A stretch of 64,000 nucleotides of DNA. Origin: an uncultured Gemmatimonadales bacterium. Lineage in GTDB: Bacteria > Gemmatimonadota > Gemmatimonadetes > Gemmatimonadales > Gemmatimonadaceae. Shown here one piece after another: positions 18,461 through 28,289 of the stretch. Both the position numbers and the translations under genes were made by a program. The stretch covers positions 3,104,001 through 3,168,000 of the forward strand of contig OY969695.1 in the NCBI GenBank assembly GCA_963701965.1. Direction: 5' to 3'. Under the pieces are notes generated by a model. The model had not been told where the DNA came from. It did not search any database and saw nothing but the letters and a program-made list of their open reading frames with translations. Position 1 is the stretch's first letter, and each line of letters starts with the position of its first letter.

Positions 18461-20047
18461 GTGACCGCGCAGCGTGGGACCCTCCGAGAGCGGGCGCTCG
18501 CTTGGTGGCGAACGCGCACCGACGCGCATCGGTATGTCGCCGGCCGACAGGACTTCCCTCCGACTGCCGAGACGCGTGCGCTCCGCTCGATGGGGCTTGT
18601 GGTCGAGGTCGCCGAAGGCGGCGTCTGGATCTTGGTTCGTCCAGACGACGCAGATCCGACTGCCCTCCTGCTCCGCAACTATTGGGCGGTGATCGCCGCA
18701 GTCGAACACGCGTACGCACCAGCTGTGGTGGAGCGGCTGTCCGCGGTGTACTTGCACACCGATAACGTGGACGCACAGCCCGAGCTCTCCATGCGGCATG
18801 GAGCCAACGCCAGTCGACGCACGCTGACATTGGTCGATGGATATACCGTGCGGCTGACACCGGGCGACGTCGGCGCAAGCAAGTCCGTAACGGTGCAGGG
18901 TGCGGTGATCACGCTCGACAGCGTGGCGCGTACGCTCGTACAGCTCAATGCCGGCAATGTTCGGCGGGACACGCCTGCCGTCGCGCTCTGGCTGCGGCAC
19001 GCTGCGGTGACGCACGCCGAACTCGCTGCGACGTATGCGGTCAACCCACGCCCGGTGCTGCTCAAGCGAATGGGCCTTCTCGCCCGCGCGAGCGGGAACC
19101 GGCGCCTGGCCGATCTCGTGGAGACCGTGCTCGCCGAACATGCCGAGCGGCCCGCATCGGCCTCGGCAACCGGCGTCGGCCGGTTGATTACGATTCCCGT
19201 CGGTCTCGAGACCATGCCACGGGGCGCGACGGCCTGGCTGGACCGCCACAGCCTCATGATGGCGGAGTTCCGGACCAAGATCGCAGGCGCGATCGGGACA
19301 AGATCCGCCGCGCTCCCTCGTGCATCGTTGGCGCGCGTACTCCGTGCGGCGAAAGCCGCCAAGGCCTATGACGCCTATCACTCAACGACTATCGAAGGGT
19401 ATCGGATCACGCGCGAGCAGGCCGACGCGATCGTTGCAGGGCGCCCGCTCGGCGACGAGAGTCTGGAGGGTCTACGCGAGAGGGCGGCACTGGTCGGCTA
19501 CTCGGCGGCATTTGACGAGGTCACGCGCGTGATGTCGGCGGCGCGCGGCCCCGTGCGCATCGACGAGGCGCTGATCTTCGATCTCTACGAGGCGCTCTTC
19601 TCCCCGTCCGTTGACGCGGGCCTGCTCGGCGCCAGCGACCTCCGCCAGTGGCGTCGGCAACCGGCATATATCCGGGGGAGTCCTCACGTACCGCCGGCCG
19701 AGGGGAAACTGCCGCAACTGATGTCGGCGTTCGTCGAGTCGATCAACCAGGACCTCGACAAAGATCGGGCGGTGGAGCGTGCGGTGTTAGCGCATCTGGA
19801 CTTCGTGACCATCCACCCCTTCGTCGACGGCAACGGTAGGATCGGACGGTTCTTAATGAACATTGCGCTCGTCGGTGCGGGCCTGCCGTGGGTGACAATT
19901 CGAGCCGACCAGCGAGATCGGTACTTCGCGGTGCTGAGGCAGGCCCAGCCGATGGACGCGGATCCGATCCCATTCGCGCGGTTCGTTTTCGATGGGGTCC
20001 GTGCGGCAACGCGTGCGATTACGGGTGAGTCGACAGGACGACAATAG
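18461..20047 (+). CDS. Large Fic-family protein with extended N-terminal region
   Basis: DAYHSTTIEGY, YIRGSPHVPP, HLDFVTIHPFVDGNGRIGRFLMN; start uncertain (18434 or 18461). Confidence 0.88.
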   Translation: MTAQRGTLRERALAWWRTRTDAHRYVAGRQDFPPTAETRALRSMGLVVEVAEGGVWILVRPDDADPTALLLRNYWAVIAAVEHAYAPAVVERLSAVYLHTDNVDAQPELSMRHGANASRRTLTLVDGYTVRLTPGDVGASKSVTVQGAVITLDSVARTLVQLNAGNVRRDTPAVALWLRHAAVTHAELAATYAVNPRPVLLKRMGLLARASGNRRLADLVETVLAEHAERPASASATGVGRLITIPVGLETMPRGATAWLDRHSLMMAEFRTKIAGAIGTRSAALPRASLARVLRAAKAAKAYDAYHSTTIEGYRITREQADAIVAGRPLGDESLEGLRERAALVGYSAAFDEVTRVMSAARGPVRIDEALIFDLYEALFSPSVDAGLLGASDLRQWRRQPAYIRGSPHVPPAEGKLPQLMSAFVESINQDLDKDRAVERAVLAHLDFVTIHPFVDGNGRIGRFLMNIALVGAGLPWVTIRADQRDRYFAVLRQAQPMDADPIPFARFVFDGVRAATRAITGESTGRQ

Positions 20048-20254
20048 ATCGGATCCGTCCCCCACCTACCGAGAACAGAGCCGTTTTCTCGGATGCCTGA
20101 TCCGCGGGCAGCATCCGTGATGCCAACCCACGCGCTCGCGCTCGAGTACTAGCGTCGGCGGACTCTCGGTGTAGCGTTCTGAGCGTCGCCCCGTCGACTG
20201 CCTGTGGCGGGCCGACTCGAGTCGCGCGCCACGCGCACACCATAGGAGACACCA

Positions 20255-21445
20255 ATGCCGCGTACTGCTGTGAATCTGGTGATGGCTCTGACTCCGGTCG
20301 CGCTCGCTTGCTCGAACGTGCCCGACCGGGTCCTCGCGCCGAGCCGCGATCTGTCAGTCGCCGCCGGCGTGATCCCGTTCGCCAGCGGCGTGCACACGGC
20401 GGCCATTCCCGCGTTGGACCAAACACAACACACGCGGTATATCCCCATGGCGCTCAATGACTGGGGCTTGATCGTCGGCCAGCGGCTTTCGTCCGATACT
20501 CTGGGTACAGCGTTCAGGTGGAGTGCGCACTTCGGTCTCCAGCTCACGCAAAGCGGCGACACGGTGTTGAGGGTCAACAACGCCGGGGATGTGGCGCTGT
20601 CGGAGCCGGGCAATCCCGGAACCGACTCGCTTTTCCCTTCCGAGAACGCAGCCATCTGGGACTGGCAGGGCAATGTACGGCGCCTGCGCTTGCTCTCGAC
20701 GTTCTTCATTCCGGTCGTCATCGGGAGTGGAGATAACTCTCCCGCGTGCGCCGGCACGGGCGGTATCACCAATGCCGGCGTAGTGGTGGGATTTTGTGTC
20801 GTCGCGGGACAAGGTAGGGTGCCAACGATCTGGACGAAGTTCGGTACGCCATGGCCGATCAGCGGGCAATTGATTAAGGGGTATATGCCGCACGGGATCT
20901 CCAGCACCGGATTTATCGCGGCCGGCCCGGAAGGTATCGACGGTCACGCGCTTGTGCTCACGATGACCGGAGCCCAGCGAATGCTGCCAGACCCGCCTAT
21001 GGGAGCCGGTCACGCCGGGACCGATCAGACGGCGGCGTTGGCGGTCAATGACAGCGGATGGGCGGCGGGCTACCGGGTGGTGGGCGACACGGCGGGCCGC
21101 TGCTCGGGTGGCCAGAGCGCCCAGGCTGTCGCATGGCTCGCGGCGGACACGGCCATCGTTATCGGCGACTGCAGCGTGAGTCTCACCTTTCCGTCGGCAG
21201 CCGCAACTGGGATCTCCGACGACGGCATCGTCGTTGGCATTACCACGGATCCCGCGTCGTTGTCGCCATTCGCGTTTGTCTGGACGGCGACCCGTGGGCT
21301 GCAGCGACTCCCCGGACTGGAGGGGGGTGGGGCGCAGACGCAAGATTGGAGCGGAGCGGTGGCGATCAATCACAAGCATCAGGTGCTCGGCTGGGTCCGT
21401 ACGTCTGTCGGTGTGTATCGCACGGTGGTGTGGACGCTGCCCTAA
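20255..21445 (+). CDS. Lipoprotein with HAF-like extracellular repeats (beta-propeller)
   Basis: Lipobox-like ALAC; repeats ALNDWGLIVG, AVNDSGWAAG, GISDDGIVVG, AINHKHQVLG, AFVWT. Confidence 0.75.
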   Translation: MPRTAVNLVMALTPVALACSNVPDRVLAPSRDLSVAAGVIPFASGVHTAAIPALDQTQHTRYIPMALNDWGLIVGQRLSSDTLGTAFRWSAHFGLQLTQSGDTVLRVNNAGDVALSEPGNPGTDSLFPSENAAIWDWQGNVRRLRLLSTFFIPVVIGSGDNSPACAGTGGITNAGVVVGFCVVAGQGRVPTIWTKFGTPWPISGQLIKGYMPHGISSTGFIAAGPEGIDGHALVLTMTGAQRMLPDPPMGAGHAGTDQTAALAVNDSGWAAGYRVVGDTAGRCSGGQSAQAVAWLAADTAIVIGDCSVSLTFPSAAATGISDDGIVVGITTDPASLSPFAFVWTATRGLQRLPGLEGGGAQTQDWSGAVAINHKHQVLGWVRTSVGVYRTVVWTLP

Positions 21446-21539
21446 GTCGGCGGAGCCGGGGGCGCGTGCCGCGTGACGCCGTTTCGTGGCAGCGACGTCG
21501 CGAATTGCAGACAGACATGTCCGTAAGCGCTTTGGCGAG

Positions 21540-21640
21540 AGGCTGTTGACCGGGAGAAAACTCGCGTATCGCGTCGAACACGGCCGCGGACTGCTGATCG
21601 TATCGAGATTCAAGGTCGTCGAGACGGCACGCATGCTCGA
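21540..21640 (-). pseudogene. ORF6N-like DNA-binding protein C-terminal fragment
   Basis: RLDDLESRYDQQSAAVFDAIREF. Confidence 0.4.
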
Positions 21641-21777
21641 CCCCATTCAGTGAACTGACGGGTCGAGGTAGCATGTCGTGTTCTCTCCATGCCCGGTCAT
21701 TTTGGGCCGCGAAAGGGCTCAATACTGTTGCTACGGAAGACGATCGCTCGTGCGCGCGCTCGACGAGTCGTGCCTGC

Positions 21778-24168
21778 TCACACATCGCGCAGCACATTTG
21801 CCGGGCTGAGTGTTACGGCTCTGCGGGTCGGTATGAAAGACGCGAGCATAGCGATGGCCGGCATGAGTGCACCGACGGCGACGTAGAGCGTCCAGTTGGT
21901 CGACCCGTCGACGTAGAATGCGTTCGCCAGCAATCGCGCAAAGACCTGCGCCAGGGCAACGCCACCTGCCAGACCAAGGCTAGTCCACATCGCAATGCGG
22001 CCAAGGACGAATCCTATCACTTGCGGTGCGCGTGCGCCCAGTGCGATGCGCAGTGCGATCTCACGGGATCGTTGCGAGACGATGTAGTGCACCACGCCGA
22101 ATAGGCCAGCCGAGGCGAGAACGAGCGCGACGCTGGCGAAGCTGCCGAGGACCACGAGAAGAAAATGGCGATCAACTAGCGACGTGCTCAGCACGTCCTC
22201 CATCGTCTCGATGTCGGACACTGGCTGAGTCGGATCAATGCTTCGCACCGCGAGACGAATATCTGGCAGGATCTGCGCGATCGGGACCGTGCTCCTGACG
22301 ACCAGCGACATGCTCGTCACGTAGTCCGGCAGAGCGATCTGCGACAGAGGAATGTCGATTTCAGGAAACGGATCGGAGTCCAATGAAATTTGGTGCACGT
22401 CGCTCACGACACCGGCCACCGAGCCTGTGTACATGGCAGGAATCGCGATCCGTCGGCCGGTCGGATTCTCATTCCCCATGATCTGGCGAACGAGCGCCTG
22501 ATTGACCTCCAACACCGGCGGCGCTCCGTTCACGTCGCCGCTGGCAGACAGTGATCGACCGTCGACTTGGTGAATGCCCAAGGCCGCGTAGTAGTCCGGC
22601 GTGACGAGACGCAACTCGGCTAGCGGCGAGGACTGATGCGCCGCACGCGGTGCTGGTTCGATGGTGAAATCGCTGTTGTTGCCGGAGGACTGCAATGGAA
22701 GCATTGAGATGAGTCCCGCGTGCGCGACGCCAGGTATCGCCTGAACCCGAGCGAGCATCGGGAGATAGAACCGTTGCACGGCGTCGCCGCCAGATCGCTG
22801 GGGTGAGGCGCCGACGTGCATGGTCAGCACATTATTCGTGGCCATCCCGGACGGTACGGCCAACAATTGCCGCACAGTATTGAGCAGGAGCCCCGCGCTT
22901 GCCAGCAGGGCGAATGCAAGGCCGGTCTCCACGGTGAGCAAGGTGCCGCGCAGCCACTCGTTCGGTGTTGTAGCGCCGGCAAGACGGTTGCCTTCCGCTC
23001 CGAACGCGACACGCAAATTCGCGCGCCACGCGCGCCATGCTGGCAGAACCCCAAGCCCAAGGCCAATCGCCGCTGAGACCGCGAGAAGGAACGCGATCAC
23101 AGCTGGATGGACGGCATCGATACGCAACCCCGTCACATGCTCACTCAGTGGTCGCAGCGCTCGCAGGCTGACGCCAGCCATCAGTAACCCGGAGAGGCCT
23201 CCCGAGAGTCCCAGGGCGAGACCTCGCGTGATCAATCCGCGTGTTAGGCGTGCCGGTGATGCGCCGAGCGCCGCACGAACGGCCGTCTCACGCTCGCGCT
23301 CGCGTGCCTGGGCCAGGAAAATGATCGCCACGTTCGCGCACGCGATCACGAGTACCAGCCACGCCGCGGCCAGCATAAGCAGGACGGCCGGTCGCAACGA
23401 TCGCGTGAGATCGTCCGTGAGCGTAAACATGATCGCGCCCCTCGACTGGTCAGCGCCCGGCAACTGCGCGTTGAGTCGTCGAGCCGTTTGGTCGAGAGCC
23501 GCCTGGGCGCTGGCGATGGTGATACTCGGATTCAAACGGCCGAGGACAAATAGGTCGTGTTTGTCGCGATCGGCCCATTGCGTAGGGGATAGCGTCAGCG
23601 GAATCCAGACGTCCGTCGGTTGACGAGCCGGTAGGGCGAATGTGCTTGGCATGACGCCGACCACAGTATACGTCCGCCCGCTGAGGCGAATAACTTGACC
23701 TACCGCGCTCGCGTTGCCATCGAGGGACGAGCGCCAGAACGATTCGCTCACAACGGCGACCGGCACACTCACTTCGGTGTCACGTGGCGCGAGATATCGT
23801 CCGAGCAATGGAGTCACTCGGACCATACCAAAGACGCTGGGAGTGAGGAGTGTCACGGCGATCGAGCGCGCAGATGCTCCTTCGAATGCTTCTTGGTCGA
23901 CGGTGTACGCACCAAGGTCGAGTGTGCCGCGCATCGCCAATTCCCAGTCGCGGAAGGTCGCAGGCGCTACGGTGCCCACGCCTCCTTGGCCGAATCGTTC
24001 ATAGACCTGGACGAGGTGCGCGGGGTCCTGATAGGACGTGGGGCGCACGAGCGTGCGATCTACCACCGCGAACACTGCGGTCACACTGCCCGTTCCGAGT
24101 GCGAGACAGAGGATGGCTGCGCCGGTTGAGATGCTCCGGCGTCTCAGCGATGGCAACGCGACCGTCAT
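21778..24168 (-). CDS. Duplicated MacB/FtsX ABC permease (ADOP-type)
   Basis: LALGTG..TAVFAVVD, LVLVIACANVA, RE.AVRAALGA, REIALRIALGA. Confidence 0.9.
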   Translation of the reverse strand: MTVALPSLRRRSISTGAAILCLALGTGSVTAVFAVVDRTLVRPTSYQDPAHLVQVYERFGQGGVGTVAPATFRDWELAMRGTLDLGAYTVDQEAFEGASARSIAVTLLTPSVFGMVRVTPLLGRYLAPRDTEVSVPVAVVSESFWRSSLDGNASAVGQVIRLSGRTYTVVGVMPSTFALPARQPTDVWIPLTLSPTQWADRDKHDLFVLGRLNPSITIASAQAALDQTARRLNAQLPGADQSRGAIMFTLTDDLTRSLRPAVLLMLAAAWLVLVIACANVAIIFLAQARERERETAVRAALGASPARLTRGLITRGLALGLSGGLSGLLMAGVSLRALRPLSEHVTGLRIDAVHPAVIAFLLAVSAAIGLGLGVLPAWRAWRANLRVAFGAEGNRLAGATTPNEWLRGTLLTVETGLAFALLASAGLLLNTVRQLLAVPSGMATNNVLTMHVGASPQRSGGDAVQRFYLPMLARVQAIPGVAHAGLISMLPLQSSGNNSDFTIEPAPRAAHQSSPLAELRLVTPDYYAALGIHQVDGRSLSASGDVNGAPPVLEVNQALVRQIMGNENPTGRRIAIPAMYTGSVAGVVSDVHQISLDSDPFPEIDIPLSQIALPDYVTSMSLVVRSTVPIAQILPDIRLAVRSIDPTQPVSDIETMEDVLSTSLVDRHFLLVVLGSFASVALVLASAGLFGVVHYIVSQRSREIALRIALGARAPQVIGFVLGRIAMWTSLGLAGGVALAQVFARLLANAFYVDGSTNWTLYVAVGALMPAIAMLASFIPTRRAVTLSPANVLRDV

Positions 24169-24460
24169 ATCAGTGACCCTCTAGTCAAAAGGCCCGGCTA
24201 GGTCCGAAGTCGTGAACGCCGATTTTAGCACCCAGACTGAGTACATGGCAAGTCAATCCGGCGTTGATGGGTACTGCGCTCTAGTCGACGCCGTGTGCGA
24301 CAGCTCGGTCGCTCGCTCCGGCATGTGTTGGCGGAGGATTCCTCGTAGCATGTCGATTTCTGGTGCCGGCACTGCCGATTTCGGTAGGTAGACGGCCTGG
24401 ATTCCGTCGCTGGGTGAAAAGAGCGCGTTCAGTTGGAGACGAGGGGTCGAACTCCCCGGT

Positions 24461-24795
24461 GTGATCGCGGCGTGGCTCTGGTTCATCCTTGCTGGATGTG
24501 GCGGCTTGTGGCTCATGATCACGACAGGGCCATGGCCACCGACTCACGGCTGGTTCGTGCTCTGCTCTGGCCTCTCCGTCTGGCCGGTGACCGCGTGGGT
24601 GCAGCAAGTACCTGAGCGTAACGCTGTCAGGCCGCGCACGCTTAGGTGCCGCCGTCTTGTTCGTTCTCGCCGGGCGTCTCACCGTCACGTTCCTCTGGCC
24701 CCGACCGGGACAACCGGTGAACCAACCAGATTGGGTCGCAATCCTCAGCGGCATTATCCTGCTCACGGCCGTTCTGAACGGTGTGCTGGCTCATA
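24461..24795 (+). CDS. Small membrane protein, frameshifted
   Basis: Hydrophobic segments continue across a frame change near 24610-24650. Confidence 0.35.
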
Positions 24796-24900
24796 GCAGC
24801 AAACCGCCGTCTTCGCCAGATCTGGATCGGAACTTGAAGTGGGCGGCTGAGGGCTTTCGCTGAACCCTCAACGCCGGCGGCCAGATCCCGGGAGTGAGAG

Positions 24901-25353
24901 ATGCGTCCGGACCGATATCGCAACGCCGTTGTCGCCCACATTTACGTCGAGGGCGCCGCCGACGCGATCGCCTTCTACGAGAAAGCGTTCGGCGCTCAGG
25001 AGCTGTTCCGTGTCACCGGCAAGGACGGGGAAATGGTACACGGTGAAATCGCGATTTGCGGCTCCGTAGTCATGATCGGCGATCCTGGCGGCAGCGGTCT
25101 CTACGGTGAACCGCGCACCCTGGGCGGCTGCACCGCCTCACTCCATATCATGGTCGATGACAACGAAGCGCTGCTGCGCCGCGCGACCGACGCCGGTGCG
25201 GAGAAAATCCAGCCGGTGACGGACTTGTTCTACGGCGCCAGTTCGGGTTCGGTGCGCGATCCGTTTGGACATGTCTGGGTGCTTTTGTCGTGGAAAGAAG
25301 ATCCCGGCGTGGAGGAGATCGAGCGGCGCGGCGACGCGCTCCGAACTCAGTGA
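24901..25353 (+). CDS. VOC/PhnB-like glyoxalase-family protein
   Basis: AADAIAFYEKAFGA, HGEIAI, DLFYG...GSVRDPFGHVW. Confidence 0.9.
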   Translation: MRPDRYRNAVVAHIYVEGAADAIAFYEKAFGAQELFRVTGKDGEMVHGEIAICGSVVMIGDPGGSGLYGEPRTLGGCTASLHIMVDDNEALLRRATDAGAEKIQPVTDLFYGASSGSVRDPFGHVWVLLSWKEDPGVEEIERRGDALRTQ

Positions 25354-25558
25354 CCATGCAGCCGGCGCCTTATACGTCGCGTGAGCGCGTTCGGCCGCTG
25401 ATTGTCGAGTAAGGTCCAACGGTCTGACGATCGATCGAAGTAGCGCTGGACGCGGTGCCGTCCCTCACTGTTCCGCCTATGTGGAACAGTCGGATGCCGA
25501 AGGTCGCGCCGTGCGAGGAGCATAAGCGCCGCTCACTTCACAGATAAGCATTCCAAAA

Positions 25559-26035
25559 TTGTGCCGGGTCGTCGGGATTGATATAGTGCGCCCGGGCCTT
25601 TCCCTTGTGGCCGTCGCGCTGATCGGGCCGCTGACCGCGTCAGCGCAGACACGAAAGCAAGTCCCGCTCCCGGCGGCGCAGGGGACCTTCCCAAACATTT
25701 CGGGAGCTGTATGGGCCGGAAACCTGCTCTTTGTGAGTGGGTGGCTCGACCCGGATCTGGAGACACATCCCGACGTCAAGTCACAAACCTTGGGTGCGTA
25801 CAAGGATCTTCAACAATTCCTCGAGTCGCAGAAACTGACGCTGGGCAATGTGGTGATGATTCATGCCTACATCGGGACCGAAGCCGATCACGCCGGATAT
25901 TCAGCCGGATACAACGAGATCTTCGGCGCGGACCAACCGAACAAGCCCGCACACACCTTGTTGCAGGTGGTTCTGCCCGCTGCGAAGCGTGGCGCCCGGG
26001 TCGAGATCGACATCGTCGCAGTGCGTCGAACGTAG
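25559..26035 (+). CDS. RidA/YjgF-family protein with signal peptide
   Basis: GNLLFVSG, NKPAHTLLQV, GARVEIDIVA; N-terminal hydrophobic signal ending ASA. Confidence 0.8.
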   Translation: MCRVVGIDIVRPGLSLVAVALIGPLTASAQTRKQVPLPAAQGTFPNISGAVWAGNLLFVSGWLDPDLETHPDVKSQTLGAYKDLQQFLESQKLTLGNVVMIHAYIGTEADHAGYSAGYNEIFGADQPNKPAHTLLQVVLPAAKRGARVEIDIVAVRRT

Positions 26036-26306
26036 CGGCCATTCGCCACGTTTCCGGTGCCGGAGAGTTTCAACCCAGTGCGTTCTACCGGGTAAGCCCC
26101 TAGCGTAGCACGCCGGATTTCGTGAGCATCGCCGATTGGTCGCCGTCGTGACTTACGACCATCGTCACGCCTGCCTTCCCGGCGGCGTGCAGCCACTTGA
26201 GCTCCCCGGCGATTGCGCCGCGATCCTCGCGAATGGAATCGGGCTTCTGGGTTTCCGTCTCGATGCCCAAGTGATGCCAGGCCACATCGCCCGCACCAGG
26301 ATGACC

Positions 26307-26840
26307 TCACGCAGGAACGTACGTCAACCGCACCGCGTTCTCGCCGATTAATTCGTGGGCCACAAGCCGGAGCGGCGGCCGAGGGCCAGCGAAGAATGGC
26401 GTGCCCCGACCCATCACGCAGGGCAGGAAGTAGAGTCGATACTCATCGATGAGCCCCCAGTCGGTCAGGCTTCGCGCCAGGTGTGGCCCGGCAATGTGAA
26501 TCTCCCCATCGAGCCGGGATTTCAGCCCGCGTACCGCCGCCTCGACGTCATCCGCGATAAGCGTGGCATTGGGGCCGACGGACTTGAGCGAGCGCGACAC
26601 GACCCATTTCGGCGTGCGCCGCCACTCAATTGCGAAGTCGCGATCGCCCGCGTCCCAATCAGGCTGGTCATCATCCCAATACCGCATGATCTCGTACACG
26701 CGGCGACCGTACACCAGGCCCGTCCCGTCGCGCACCAGCCCGACGAAATGACGAGAGACCAAGGGAAGAGGTGCGCCCAATGCCGTGTGGTCGACATAGC
26801 CGTCCAACGACTGCATCAATCCGAATACAAGCTTCGCCAT
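26307..26840 (-). CDS. Dihydrofolate reductase/RibD C-terminal family protein
   Basis: QSLDGYVD, YGRRVYE, PKWVVSRSL, GLIDEYRLY..P..MGRGTPFF. Confidence 0.9.
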   Translation of the reverse strand: MAKLVFGLMQSLDGYVDHTALGAPLPLVSRHFVGLVRDGTGLVYGRRVYEIMRYWDDDQPDWDAGDRDFAIEWRRTPKWVVSRSLKSVGPNATLIADDVEAAVRGLKSRLDGEIHIAGPHLARSLTDWGLIDEYRLYFLPCVMGRGTPFFAGPRPPLRLVAHELIGENAVRLTYVPA

Positions 26841-27079
26841 GCGACAAGACCTCCATTCCGGGTTCTGAGTGTGACCGGCCGAAACCAGGCGCCAAACGAA
26901 TTACCGGCAACCGCGCGCGTTACAATGTACAATGCTGGCGGGTTAGTGGCCTCGCTGATACATCGCCCTTAGTCCCTGCTGCATTAGGCTCTCAGACACA
27001 CCTACTCACGGCCGGTCGCCCAGTCATGGCGCTCGCCATCGTGTGTATAATTGGTTGACCAGACAAAGGAGCCGCGGCG

Positions 27080-27643
27080 ATGAGAACAAAGGGCATACGG
27101 TGCAGCGTCAGCACTACTGTAGCGCTCGCCGTCTTAGCTTGCCAGCCGGCGAATTCCCCACAAGACCGCAAGTACACCCTCAAAGTTCCGAATGGACTCG
27201 CGTTCTCCGAGTTCGAGGGCTACGAAGGATGGCAGACTATTGCTGTCAGTCATAACGGAGACAAGCTGGCTGTGATCCTCGGCAACCCGGCGATGATCGC
27301 CGCGTACAAGGCCGGGTTTCCTGGTAACGGCAAGCCATTCCCCGATGGCGCCAGAATGGCGAAGGTCCATTGGAACATAGTAAAGGCCGACTCGGAGCCC
27401 GGGCAGCCGCTCGTGCCCGGTACCCAACATGACGTGGATTTCATGGTGAAGGATAGCAAGAGGTTCTCGGACGGCGGCGGATGGGGATACGCCGAGTTTG
27501 AGTATGACGCCGCGTCCAAGACGTTCAGGCCCGGCACTTTGGCGGATAGCCCGCCGCAAGCGAACGACGCCAAGTGCGGGCTCTCGTGCCACACGCTCGT
27601 AAAGGCGAAGGACTACGTTTTCACGAAGTACCCGACGCGGTGA
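27080..27643 (+). CDS. Cytochrome P460 / c'-beta family protein
   Basis: PFPDGARMAK, FMVKDSKRF..GGWGYAEF, C-terminal CGLSCH, DYVFT; lipobox-like VLAC. Confidence 0.85.
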   Translation: MRTKGIRCSVSTTVALAVLACQPANSPQDRKYTLKVPNGLAFSEFEGYEGWQTIAVSHNGDKLAVILGNPAMIAAYKAGFPGNGKPFPDGARMAKVHWNIVKADSEPGQPLVPGTQHDVDFMVKDSKRFSDGGGWGYAEFEYDAASKTFRPGTLADSPPQANDAKCGLSCHTLVKAKDYVFTKYPTR

Positions 27644-27742
27644 CGTAGCCGGTCGGCAACGGCTGCTTGCCGTCGCGCCGCGGCAGCGGACGGGGTCACG
27701 TTTCCCTCGACGCCCGATGCCGCAGGACCGCTGCCGTTGCTG

Positions 27743-28135
27743 CTAACGTGCCCGTGACGGGAGTGTTGTTCCGCAGCCGACCACGATATTGAGCACCCTG
27801 TGACCGCCGTTCTTGAGTCCGGTGTACGAGATCGCCGCCGGCGCCTGACAGTTTGTGGGGACGTTGGACACCGCGATGCTGCCGTCTCCGGCTGGCACGT
27901 TATCCAAAGTGAACGCGCCGCTCGTCGTCGTCTGAACGGCTGGTAGCGCGCTTGCCACCGCCGGTGTCACGGTCACCGTCGCGTTCGCGACATCGCCGCC
28001 TTCTGAGCCCGTTATCGTGCCGGAAACGGTCGCGCCGCTGTTTGGTCCTGAAGGTGATCCGACACAGGCACCGAGCCACAACACAAGTCCCACCGCAGCC
28101 GCGCGCAGGCTGCGCGCATCCCGAAGCGTCTTCAC
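27743..28135 (-). CDS. Lipoprotein with carboxypeptidase-regulatory-like domain
   Basis: LGAC lipobox; TVSGTITG...VANATVTV...TTTSGAFTLDNVPAG; GAGG RBS. Confidence 0.7.
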   Translation of the reverse strand: MKTLRDARSLRAAAVGLVLWLGACVGSPSGPNSGATVSGTITGSEGGDVANATVTVTPAVASALPAVQTTTSGAFTLDNVPAGDGSIAVSNVPTNCQAPAAISYTGLKNGGHRVLNIVVGCGTTLPSRAR

Positions 28136-28289
28136 GTTTGCCTCTTCGTTGTTTGGTCGTTGTCTTTCGATCGTGCTTAGGTAGCGGCAAAACGCGGCCT
28201 TCCGGCTCATCGGCGGCCGCGCGGCTGGCCCGTAACGTCGCCTCCCGCCTCGGTTCATATTCTTCCGATCTTCGTCGCCGGCGGTTTCG

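Noticed and set aside
26100..26285. ArsI/CadI-like glyoxalase fragment
   Set aside because: Only a short HLGI.TE similarity; too weak to call
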